Source: a virus
Length of the DNA stretch: 64,000 nt
Direction: 5' to 3' (one strand)
Virus record (IMG/VR): IMGVR_UViG_3300044712_000991
Span: 32,001-96,000 of that record
In this document: positions 20,641 to 29,403 of the stretch, piece by piece
Layout of the letters: every line of letters starts with the position of its first letter
How positions within the stretch are numbered: position 1 is the stretch's first letter
The notes under the pieces: model-generated
What the model saw: only the letters and a program-made list of their open reading frames with translations
Told to the model about the DNA's origin: nothing
Databases searched by the model: none
Translations under genes and position numbers: made by a program

Positions 20641-21596
20641 CAAAGAGGCCTCCATATTGGGCTTGTTTTAAGTTCTTCTAGTTCCTGAAGCGTAAGAGGA
20701 TAACTGTACTCCTCGCCAGGGAACACATTAGACTTCACATCGCGTACATAGGCCTCGATGGCCAGTCGAGCGAGTGTCAACAGACCATCCTGCCGGGTAT
20801 CCCGACCAAACGCCCTCACATCCCCCACTTTGGTGACCACCGTGCGGTAGGCATCGATCACTTGCGGAACATAGCACTTGGCAAACCACGGGCGAAACGA
20901 CTGGTAGAAGCCCATCAGATCATGCATGATGACCAACTGCCCATCCACACCCGCTCCCGCCCCGATACCGTAGATGGGAATCCGCAACTGCTTGGCGATG
21001 TTCTCGGCGGGAAGTGTCGGCATAGCCTCTAGAAGGATAGAGAACGCCCCTGCTCGTTCAAGAGCAACGGCATCGGTGAGCGTGTGCTCGAAGGATGCGG
21101 CGGTCTTACCCTGAATCCTATACCCTCCGAAGGAGGCGGCACTCTGCGGGGTGAGACCGAGGTGCCCCATCACGAGAATACCCGCATCCGCAATGGCCTT
21201 CACTCGGGGGCACATCCGTACCCCACCCTCAAGTTTCACAGCATCACATCCCGCTTCCTTCACGAACCTCAGAGCGTTTCGCACAGCATCCTCATCGCTT
21301 ACCTCGTACGCCCCCTGGGGCATATCCCCGATGATGAACGTGTTGGGCGCACCCTTACGCACGGCCTTGGCGAACTGAATCATCTCATCCATCGTCACGG
21401 GATTCGTAGTCTGGTACCCCAACTGCACCATACCGCCCGAGTCCCCCACCAGGATCATATCCACACCCGCTTGCTCAGCGGTGTACGCGAACGGATAGTC
21501 GTAGGCGGTTATCCACGCCACACGCTGCCCCTTCGCCTTCATCGCCTGTAGACCCAAAAGGGTCACCTTCTTCTTCGCGCTACCATCTTCAGCCAT
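20640..21596 (-). CDS. panB: 3-methyl-2-oxobutanoate hydroxymethyltransferase (ketopantoate hydroxymethyltransferase)
   Basis: ITAYDY, ILVGDS, IGDMP, VKLEGG, MGHLGLTPQS, GIGAG, DGQLVIMHDLMG. Confidence 0.93.
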   Translation of the reverse strand: MAEDGSAKKKVTLLGLQAMKAKGQRVAWITAYDYPFAYTAEQAGVDMILVGDSGGMVQLGYQTTNPVTMDEMIQFAKAVRKGAPNTFIIGDMPQGAYEVSDEDAVRNALRFVKEAGCDAVKLEGGVRMCPRVKAIADAGILVMGHLGLTPQSAASFGGYRIQGKTAASFEHTLTDAVALERAGAFSILLEAMPTLPAENIAKQLRIPIYGIGAGAGVDGQLVIMHDLMGFYQSFRPWFAKCYVPQVIDAYRTVVTKVGDVRAFGRDTRQDGLLTLARLAIEAYVRDVKSNVFPGEEYSYPLTLQELEELKTSPIWRPL

Positions 21597-22303
21597 TATG
21601 CACGCTCCTGTTGTTTTGCTGCCTCGATCTTGTCCCACTCGGCGTGCTTGCAGGTGCTCGCCCAGTTCTCAAACGCTGCCTGACCCACGGTGAACTGCTG
21701 CTGAGTAGCCGACCACGAGCTAAACGTCTCATCGGGAGGTGTACCGAAACACGGGTGCCTATGCTCAACCACCACATCAGGTACGTACACAAGGAGTCCC
21801 GCGTGCTCATACTCCCGGAGAACATTATCCACCCAAGTATGAACAAACATTCGGGGGAAATAGTGCCCCACTGTGCGCACGAGTTTGCCCGGGATGACAC
21901 CCGCGTACGGAAGTCCCATGGGGGACAAGATGGCACTCATGCACCACCCGTTATTGCGCGAATTGCATGCCTCGATCATCTTCGCATCCCACTCGGGGGT
22001 CATCACATACTGATCGTCGTTCAAATCGGTGTAGTACGGGACATCGGGGTACGCTTCGCACGCCAAGTAGTTCAAGACTTCCACCATGTTCAGCCGTGGC
22101 CCCACAATGTGCTTCACGCGTGCAAGGACAGGCGCATAGTCCGCTATTCGGGGGTCATCCTCCGCGACGTACACTACTAGTTCGGTGCCCTCACTCTTGT
22201 TGGCCTCCACACTGTCAATCATGTCGTTGAGTTTCTCGGGGCGACCTCTAGAGGAACACATGACAAGTAGGCGAGTGCTATCAGAAAGTACGGGGATACT
22301 CAT
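21596..22303 (-). CDS. Glycosyltransferase, GT-A fold (GT2-like)
   Basis: SRGRPEKL, VYVAEDDP, DLNDD (DxD-like), HTWVD, VEHRHP. Confidence 0.75.
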   Translation of the reverse strand: MSIPVLSDSTRLLVMCSSRGRPEKLNDMIDSVEANKSEGTELVVYVAEDDPRIADYAPVLARVKHIVGPRLNMVEVLNYLACEAYPDVPYYTDLNDDQYVMTPEWDAKMIEACNSRNNGWCMSAILSPMGLPYAGVIPGKLVRTVGHYFPRMFVHTWVDNVLREYEHAGLLVYVPDVVVEHRHPCFGTPPDETFSSWSATQQQFTVGQAAFENWASTCKHAEWDKIEAAKQQERA

Positions 22304-22353
22304 TGTAGGTGCTCCTGTGGTATAGCCATGTACAAGCAGTTGGTATGAAAGGG

Positions 22354-23094
22354 CTACCGTGTGACAACCGCAGTGTTGGTAGAAGGAAGAACAAGCCTCT
22401 CTAGGTCGGGGTCTACCCTAGCAATCGCGGCCTCAGGTGATCTCGTGGCTTGCACAAACCTGTCCACGGGTCCTGGACCTCCCCCCTCGCTCTCCATATC
22501 CGCCACACAGTACTGTCGGCGTGCACCGCGCTCCAACAACGCTGCATCCGAACTGATACGGCAAGAGTTCTCGAACAGTACGACCTCCGAAACCACAGGA
22601 ATACCCGAATGCTGTCCTTGCAGATGCACATGGTACTTCCGAGTCTCATCATACCGCAGACCACCCTTGAACAGCCGCATACTCGGACCAATCGGCCACT
22701 TGAAGAAGTGGTACGCATCCTTCACGGTGAACAGGAGCATCATGTCCCAGTAGTTGCTGATAACGAACACCCCGGTCTTCAGCCAGTCCGCGAAGTTGGT
22801 AGTCCACGTCATGTCCGCATCGGGTACAAAGATGTAGTCCCCCGTACACTGGTCGAGACCGTAGTTCATCTGCGCTCTCGTGAAGTCCCATGGGCGTTCG
22901 AACACACGCAACGGCACACGATCCTTATACTCCTCGACCACAGCCAACGTGTTATCCTTGCTCCCACCATCAACCAGCACGACCTCTTTCAAATCGGGGA
23001 AGTTCTGTGCCAGGTGAGCGCAGGATTCAAGATACCACCGGATGGGCTCTTCCTCATCCTGCATGATGGTCATGATGGACACTGATTGTCCCAT
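22354..23094 (-). CDS. Glycosyltransferase family 2
   Basis: VSIMTIMQDEE, VVLVDGGSKDNT, NYGLDQCTGDYIFVPDAD, VHLQ. Confidence 0.9.
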   Translation of the reverse strand: MGQSVSIMTIMQDEEEPIRWYLESCAHLAQNFPDLKEVVLVDGGSKDNTLAVVEEYKDRVPLRVFERPWDFTRAQMNYGLDQCTGDYIFVPDADMTWTTNFADWLKTGVFVISNYWDMMLLFTVKDAYHFFKWPIGPSMRLFKGGLRYDETRKYHVHLQGQHSGIPVVSEVVLFENSCRISSDAALLERGARRQYCVADMESEGGGPGPVDRFVQATRSPEAAIARVDPDLERLVLPSTNTAVVTR

Positions 23095-23097
23095 TGG

Positions 23098-23379
23098 TCA
23101 CCCCGCCTGAGGTATGCTACGCGGAGGTGCGCCGTTCTGCTCCATGGCAGCGACAGCCATACCACCTATCTTGCGCATGATGTCCATGACACGCACAGAT
23201 GCCTGGGGCTCGGACTCCCGAGTCGCGATATGCCTCGCCTGTAGCAGATAGTCCTCGATGAACACCAACCACTCGGTCGGAGAGTGCTTCCCTCCGCTCG
23301 TTGTGGTGGTCTCGTTCCAACGAGCATCCTGATACGCTCGTTCACCATCGATGAGTGCGTAAACTTCCTGACGTTCCAT
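23098..23379 (-). CDS. Small all-helical protein resembling degenerate MazG-like NTP pyrophosphohydrolases
   Basis: IDGERAYQDARW...H...EWLVFIEDY...RKIGGMAVAAME pattern; lacks the canonical EExGE, so the call is tentative. Confidence 0.45.
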   Translation of the reverse strand: MERQEVYALIDGERAYQDARWNETTTTSGGKHSPTEWLVFIEDYLLQARHIATRESEPQASVRVMDIMRKIGGMAVAAMEQNGAPPRSIPQAG

Positions 23380-23399
23380 GCAGACCTCCTGGATATGAT

Positions 23400-23468
23400 A
23401 AATTCAACCCCGAAGCGGCGGGTTCACGAGCTTAGGGTCTCGCTCCCCCACCGCTTGAGGTCGAAGTT
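23400..23468 (-). other. Long imperfect intergenic RNA stem-loop
   Basis: AAGCGGTGGG pairs with CCCGCCGCTT (10 bp, one G-U), inner GAGC/GCTC stem, outer CGACCTC/GGGGTTG extension. Confidence 0.6.
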
Positions 23469-23475
23469 CGATAGA

Positions 23476-24252
23476 CTAGACTTTCTGAAGCGTGGCCCAA
23501 TATCGCTCAGTGCCCACTCCTTCTTCCTCAACCACTACGAATGGTGTGCCTTTGATGGCCTCTCGAATCAGTTCGGGACCCAAACGGCACCCATGCCAAG
23601 TGTTACCCTCTGACGCGCCCCCAATGCCCGTGTAGATATCACGCCCCTGAAGAACGAACACGCCACCAAGTTTCAACACCCGGCAGACATCCCGTACATA
23701 GGACTTGATGACCTCTTCGGAGGATATGTGTTGGAATACGATGTACTCGAAGGCGAAATCCACAGAATCCACAGGGATTGCATCACCCAAGGACATGCCA
23801 TCAATCTCCAAGAACGACCCATACCTGACCTTCCCATCCGTACCGTGCTCCACACGATAGTCAGTCAAGCGTTTCATCGCGATATCGATGAGTTTGCCCG
23901 AAATATCCACACCGTAGTAGCGAACGGCATAGTCTGCGATAAACAGGGACATCCTACCCATACCACAACCGATCTCAAGGATGGTGTCGTGGGGGTAGTC
24001 TTTCAGTCGGGGAACGAACTCGCGCAGCGTATCTCCCAACCCTGAGTCCCGAAGACTTTTCTCGGATGCGTTGTGTTCTGCGCACACGAATAGGCTTGGG
24101 TCTTTGGTCGCACGCAAATCCCAGTCGGACTTGGCGGTCTTCACGAACGTCGTGGGGTCTACCTGGGGCATGTACTCGAAGTTGTTGCAGTGGATAGCCC
24201 GAGCATACTGCACGGGGGACACGGCGCTGCGTTGTTCTTCTGACAGACTCAT
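23476..24252 (-). CDS. Class I SAM-dependent methyltransferase
   Basis: ILEIGCGMGRM motif I, YYGVDISG, VDFAF...VFQHI, RVLKLGGVFV. Confidence 0.92.
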   Translation of the reverse strand: MSLSEEQRSAVSPVQYARAIHCNNFEYMPQVDPTTFVKTAKSDWDLRATKDPSLFVCAEHNASEKSLRDSGLGDTLREFVPRLKDYPHDTILEIGCGMGRMSLFIADYAVRYYGVDISGKLIDIAMKRLTDYRVEHGTDGKVRYGSFLEIDGMSLGDAIPVDSVDFAFEYIVFQHISSEEVIKSYVRDVCRVLKLGGVFVLQGRDIYTGIGGASEGNTWHGCRLGPELIREAIKGTPFVVVEEEGVGTERYWATLQKV

Positions 24253-25115
24253 AGAGGCTCTCCATGTCGAATAGCGAGGTCGGCCTTCACGCGGGACACA
24301 AACTGCTCGAACCCACCATCTTTGAACGCCGTTATGCGTGCGTGCATCACCGCAGGATGGGTGCCCTCAAACTTCTTGATCGTACCGTTCTTCACATGGT
24401 CTGCAAAGAGATACACATAGTCCACCTCGGGATGACCAAGAACCTGTAGCATCTCCTGCATCTTCGGATCGGGGAAGCCGATATCCACATACAACTGCTG
24501 GAAATCCCACTCCTTCTGCCAACCCTTCACGGGGTCTTTGACCTTCCCGTAGTGAAACACCTCAATCGGCGGTCCATCGAGCACATACACATTGGGCACA
24601 TACTGATCGTTGAATGCGAACTGCACCCCATCCCCGATGATCTTCCAGGGTGACCCCCTGCGTACAATACGCACGAGCGTCTCGTAACAGAAGGGAAACG
24701 TCGTCTCGTAGTTGGCCATGAAGTGCGTGTAGTGCACGCGTGCGGCAGACTTCCGAGCACCGATCGCATGCAGTTCCGCGACCGTAGCAAGAAGTGCAGG
24801 CAGACTATCTTCGTGCACCACCTCATCCGCCTGAAGTTGGAACATGTAGTCGGTCGTGAGATGACTTGACGCAAAATTCGCGACATTCTGGATGTCCGTG
24901 AAGTGCTGAACCCAGTTGCGGTGAACGACCTTGATCTTCTCGGGATACAGCGACCTCAACACCTCCACGATCTTCATGGTCTCATCCGTGGAATTGCATT
25001 CGCATATCACAAACTCGTCCACCACATCGATCACGGACTGCACGGACTCCACGAACGGGTAGTCGTAGGCGACCATGTTGTACACATATGTGAATGCTCC
25101 GAGCGTGGGCTTCAT
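24249..25115 (-). CDS. Glycosyltransferase family 2-like
   Basis: PFVESVQS...VICECNSTDET, YMFQLQADEVV, FHYG. Confidence 0.85.
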   Translation of the reverse strand: MKPTLGAFTYVYNMVAYDYPFVESVQSVIDVVDEFVICECNSTDETMKIVEVLRSLYPEKIKVVHRNWVQHFTDIQNVANFASSHLTTDYMFQLQADEVVHEDSLPALLATVAELHAIGARKSAARVHYTHFMANYETTFPFCYETLVRIVRRGSPWKIIGDGVQFAFNDQYVPNVYVLDGPPIEVFHYGKVKDPVKGWQKEWDFQQLYVDIGFPDPKMQEMLQVLGHPEVDYVYLFADHVKNGTIKKFEGTHPAVMHARITAFKDGGFEQFVSRVKADLAIRHGEPL

Positions 25116-25600
25116 ACTGGTACTTCCTTGGGCGTGGTTTCAAGGTTGGTCATCGCAGCATTCACGAACATCTGGACATCTCTGCGCCACAGACCATACC
25201 GGGACACCACGCGACCGAACTCTTCCAGATCGTGGTCAACGCAGGAGTACTTGTCCTTCTCCGCATCGTAGAAGATGTGGCAAAGTTCGTGGAACACAAG
25301 CGCCTCGCGTTCCCGCTCAGTCATCCTGGACCACACCTCGTAGTTGATGGTCATGATGAACTTGTAGGCGGAGGCGAACTCCACCTTCTCGGAACAGTGG
25401 GCAATGTTGCCCAGGTCTTTCATCTTGTCCACGAACAGATAAAGAATCGGAGTGTTCTTCGGAAACGTGAACGTGCCATCCTCACCGATGAGTTTCGTGG
25501 CGATCTCACGAACCTCTACGGCATCCCAGAATTTGTCCTTCTTGGTTTCCTTGGCTGTCTGCTCCGACTTCTGACCCTTCTTCGACGCGGTGTTCATCAC
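25112..25600 (-). CDS. Putative phage metallopeptidase (HExxH)
   Basis: EALVFHELCH, DHDLEEF...VSRYGLW. Confidence 0.75.
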   Translation of the reverse strand: MMNTASKKGQKSEQTAKETKKDKFWDAVEVREIATKLIGEDGTFTFPKNTPILYLFVDKMKDLGNIAHCSEKVEFASAYKFIMTINYEVWSRMTEREREALVFHELCHIFYDAEKDKYSCVDHDLEEFGRVVSRYGLWRRDVQMFVNAAMTNLETTPKEVPV

Positions 25601-25601
25601 T

Positions 25602-25997
25602 TCATCCTTTCAGTGCTTGACCTGCTTCTTGTTTTTTCTGTATGGCGCGTTCAACATCGGCACGCACATTACGCTCCTCGTGCGAGTATCCAGCGACCTT
25701 TTTCTTGAGTTGCTCATTCTTCTCACGAATCTTCTTCCCCGTGGGGACTCCATTGAGTTCCCCATCAATCTTCACATTGTATGTATCATCCTTTTGAGGC
25801 ACCGGGATGAACTTCCGTGGATCATCGAGAAGTTTCCACGCCACATCCTGGGGATGCCTCTCGATCTGGGAGGTCTCGACGTTCACTATGGGGATAAGAT
25901 ACACATTATTCTGCACTAATGCAAAACCACATCCGGGGCAGAGTTGGAGATGGTCTTCCTCAGTGGAAGTACCACATTTTTTGCAAAATCTGTTCAT
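25602..25997 (-). CDS. Zinc-ribbon protein
   Basis: N-terminal CKKC...CPGC; coiled-coil-like C-terminus. Confidence 0.7.
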   Translation of the reverse strand: MNRFCKKCGTSTEEDHLQLCPGCGFALVQNNVYLIPIVNVETSQIERHPQDVAWKLLDDPRKFIPVPQKDDTYNVKIDGELNGVPTGKKIREKNEQLKKKVAGYSHEERNVRADVERAIQKKQEAGQALKG

Positions 25998-26950
25998 TCT
26001 GCCTCCTGATACTTCTCCAACGCAAGTCGCAGTTGCTCCATCGTACGCGACTTTGAGTAGAACTTGGCTGTCCTGAGAGCGCTCTGCCGCATCCGGCGCA
26101 CATCATCCGCATGCATGTCGTTCACAAAGCCCAACATGACCGCCAAGGTCGTATAGTCGCCATCTGTGGGGGCAACCATGCAGTTGTCGCCATGGAACAT
26201 GAAATCCGAACCCCCGCCACCCGTGAAACCCACCACGATACACCCGCATGCCATGGCCTCCAACGGCGGTAGCCCGAAACCCTCAGGGTACGAATGCGCC
26301 ACGAACACCCTAGAGGCTCGCAGATTGTCCGCGAACTCCTGCTCAGGGCAGTCACGGAAGACTTCTATCTCTGTTCTACCATTGGAGTCTATCCATCGGG
26401 GCGCTTCATCTGCACGCATAATCTTCGCACGCGCTCCCTGACCATCCTTACGCTCTTGGAGCATGATAGCCGTACGTCGAGCCTCCCATGGATCGAGCGC
26501 GTCATATGTGGCTCCCTCGGGCAGATGAAACACCCGAGAATCGATGAAAGGGCTGACCATGAACAGCGTGTGCTCCCGAAACTGCGGGAGAGCGTTACGA
26601 TTGAACTCACTGCTCATCCACACATCCAACCCCCTGTAGGGATTGCTCCGGTTGATGAACACCTCACCCTGGACGTACATCACTTTGTTGAAGAACGCAG
26701 ACCGGAAGAGGGGCTCAGGGTCTTCCCAACCGACAATGAGGTCTCTCTTCTTGTCCGCGATGTTCAACATGTGCTGCCATGTAATCTCGGGCGCAGCGTG
26801 CGCAAACCACGAGATGTGGTGCTCCTGCCCATCGGCGTACACGATGTACGCCTCGTGCCCCAACTCGCGTTCAAGCTCTACGAGTTGATACACGACTTTT
26901 ATGCCACCAGAAGGAATAGGGTTGAATGGTAGACAATGAAAGATTTTCAT
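25994..26950 (-). CDS. Glycosyltransferase, GT-B fold (GT4-like)
   Basis: SGGIKVVYQL N-terminus; EGFGLPPLEAMACGC signature. Confidence 0.9.
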   Translation of the reverse strand: MKIFHCLPFNPIPSGGIKVVYQLVELERELGHEAYIVYADGQEHHISWFAHAAPEITWQHMLNIADKKRDLIVGWEDPEPLFRSAFFNKVMYVQGEVFINRSNPYRGLDVWMSSEFNRNALPQFREHTLFMVSPFIDSRVFHLPEGATYDALDPWEARRTAIMLQERKDGQGARAKIMRADEAPRWIDSNGRTEIEVFRDCPEQEFADNLRASRVFVAHSYPEGFGLPPLEAMACGCIVVGFTGGGGSDFMFHGDNCMVAPTDGDYTTLAVMLGFVNDMHADDVRRMRQSALRTAKFYSKSRTMEQLRLALEKYQEAE

Positions 26951-26973
26951 ACTGCGCCTGTGTCGTTGAATTG

Positions 26974-28926
26974 TTAGTCGAACATCACATCCGCTAGAAT
27001 TTTGCCCACGGGGACGATATCCGCTCTACGGGCTCGCTGTAGAGCAATCTGTCCCTTCTGCTTGACAACCTCGGGGTGCTCAAACGCGTAGCGCATGAGG
27101 CTCCGCAGGTGATCGAGTCTCGGCGTGGCCCACACAGACCCGATGTAGTTCCTGAAATACGGAAGCACTTGCAACGGCATCGGTTCAAGATCGAACTCTA
27201 TCGGGAAACCCGAACTTTCGTGAAGAAAGTCCGTCATACCGCTGTAGTTGGTCGCTATCGACGGTATCCCGCACGCACCGGCCTCCACGATGCCGTTCCC
27301 GAAGCCCTCACACCGCGAGGGCATCACAAAACAGTCGTGTGCCGTGTACATCGAGGGCACCACAGTCGGATGGAAGGAGTTGGATGTCACATAGATGGGC
27401 GCATGGGGAAGTTCCTGCCCGCCGAGGATGTTCGTTATCCATGTCTTGAGGTCCATCTGGGCCTGCTGAAGGATGTAGAACAGACTCAACGAGTGCAAGG
27501 AGAGGAACACATCCTCGGAAGGCTTGAATTCGAGGATGAACGCCTTGATAACGGCCTCCAGGTTCTTCCGCTCTCCGTACGCGCTCATCGCGAGGAATCC
27601 GAACTTCCTGCGGTTCTCGATTTCTAGTGGTTTTGCCTGGGGATTGAACAGCGTGGTATCCACGGGATTCGGAACAACCGTGATGTCCGTGCGAACACCA
27701 CGCTCTAGCAAGATGTTCTTGCAGAACGTACTGTTGACGACCACCCTGTCCACATGGTTCAACTGCTCGATCCACCGTTGAGGAGGATTGGTGCCCTCGA
27801 ATGTGGTGTGCGCCACCCGGCGCTTTCCTGGGGGCATCAAGTACTGATGGTCACCCTCCGCAGAACGAAGAATCGCCCTGTTCCAGTAGTCGTGGGGCTT
27901 CAGGATCATCTCCTTGATTTCCCAGTCATCCACGGGCATCGGTTGGTGATACTCCTCGGGAGCAATGGCAACATCCACCCCATTGCGCTTGAGACCCTTG
28001 GCGAGGTTCCTCAGTACGATGGAGAACGACCAGTCCCCGTAGATTTTACCACTGATGAGCGCCTGTCGGTCACTCGTCGGCTTGTATGTGAGAATGTCCG
28101 CATCGTGCTTGGTGTAGAACTTAATCTGATTGAACCTCGACAGACCACTCACCGCCTCGGGGCTCCCGAATGTGGCGTTCGCGGTCTTGTTCTCGTAGTG
28201 CACGGCTCGCGCTGAAGGCTGATAGTACGTCTTGAACCCCCATGTACGCGCCATCGTGCAGTAATCAACCTCCTCGAAGTACGCGGGGTTGAACCGCTCA
28301 TCCATACAAGGCACGACCTTCAAGCACCTGTTCGTGATGTAGAACAGAGCGCCCGTAACATACTCCTGTTCGGTGATTGCGGTCTCGATGCACTCCGTGT
28401 TCGGCACTCCGGCCATCTTGTGCTGCCCCCACCCGAAGACCCCGATGAACGCCCCCGCGTGCTGAATGCGACCATCAGGAAACATCAACCGACCGCCAAT
28501 GACGCCCGCATCGGGTGTCGTCTCGGAAGCCTTAACAAGTTCCTCAATACACTCCGGGAAGAGTTCCATGTCGTTGTTGGTGATGAGAATGTCGGCCTCA
28601 GGGAAGAGGGTTTTCGCAACCGAGATGCCATCGTTGCATCCACCCGCATACCCACGATTGGTTGGGTTCTGCACGACAAACCGAAATTTGATGGCATCGT
28701 ACGCCACATTCAACTTCTTGCCCCCGCAGTCCATATCCTCTTGGTACACCACACCCTTCTTATCAAGCCAAGATGTCTCCAACCACGCGGCTGTATCGTC
28801 CGTGGAGGCATTGTTGACCACCACGACCGCAAAGTCCTTCAAGGACTGCCCTTCCAGGCTCCGGAGGAACATCTTGGTGTAGAAAAGTTGATTCAAAACA
28901 GGTGTGACAACGACGACCTTGACCAT
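26974..28926 (-). CDS. Bifunctional GT2 (N-terminal) plus GT4 (C-terminal) glycosyltransferase
   Basis: VVVVNNASTD, NRGYAGGCN, ITNND, YFEEVDYC; then VMPSRCEGFGNGIVEAGACG. Confidence 0.93.
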   Translation of the reverse strand: MVKVVVVTPVLNQLFYTKMFLRSLEGQSLKDFAVVVVNNASTDDTAAWLETSWLDKKGVVYQEDMDCGGKKLNVAYDAIKFRFVVQNPTNRGYAGGCNDGISVAKTLFPEADILITNNDMELFPECIEELVKASETTPDAGVIGGRLMFPDGRIQHAGAFIGVFGWGQHKMAGVPNTECIETAITEQEYVTGALFYITNRCLKVVPCMDERFNPAYFEEVDYCTMARTWGFKTYYQPSARAVHYENKTANATFGSPEAVSGLSRFNQIKFYTKHDADILTYKPTSDRQALISGKIYGDWSFSIVLRNLAKGLKRNGVDVAIAPEEYHQPMPVDDWEIKEMILKPHDYWNRAILRSAEGDHQYLMPPGKRRVAHTTFEGTNPPQRWIEQLNHVDRVVVNSTFCKNILLERGVRTDITVVPNPVDTTLFNPQAKPLEIENRRKFGFLAMSAYGERKNLEAVIKAFILEFKPSEDVFLSLHSLSLFYILQQAQMDLKTWITNILGGQELPHAPIYVTSNSFHPTVVPSMYTAHDCFVMPSRCEGFGNGIVEAGACGIPSIATNYSGMTDFLHESSGFPIEFDLEPMPLQVLPYFRNYIGSVWATPRLDHLRSLMRYAFEHPEVVKQKGQIALQRARRADIVPVGKILADVMFD

Positions 28927-28929
28927 CGA

Positions 28930-29403
28930 TCAGCCTTCAGGGGTTGTTTCTGGGGGAAACCATGAGTTGGGGATGATACCGTGCGTGGAATCCAAATCAT
29001 ACATAGGGCGCTCTGCTCCCGAGACCTCCCTCTTCCACTGGAACATGGCGTTATCGAGTTTCACGGGTTTCGCGAGTTTGTACGATCGAAGCGTGTTGTC
29101 CCATACCGTGTCAACATCCGTACCTGCAAACGGCAGCCCAGGTAAAAAATTCGGCGCTGAGTAGTACCATCCGTTAGCAAGCACGAGGCAGGTAAATATA
29201 CGACCACCCACGCACTCCTGCACGACCTCCATGATGTGTGGAGCAACACTACATGTAACGGGTATTCTCTGCGTATGGTGCCGGAAACTGCGAAGATGCG
29301 CCACGTACCCATTGGGGAACTCCACGGCGTACGTGTAGGACATCACCTCCCCCGCTCCGTGCAGATAATCCTCGGCTTCCTTTGTTAGCCCAATGAAGTC
29401 CAT
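28930..29403 (-). CDS. Hypothetical protein
   Basis: Start MDFIG overlaps the upstream stop; no motif recognised. Confidence 0.65.
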   Translation of the reverse strand: MDFIGLTKEAEDYLHGAGEVMSYTYAVEFPNGYVAHLRSFRHHTQRIPVTCSVAPHIMEVVQECVGGRIFTCLVLANGWYYSAPNFLPGLPFAGTDVDTVWDNTLRSYKLAKPVKLDNAMFQWKREVSGAERPMYDLDSTHGIIPNSWFPPETTPEG

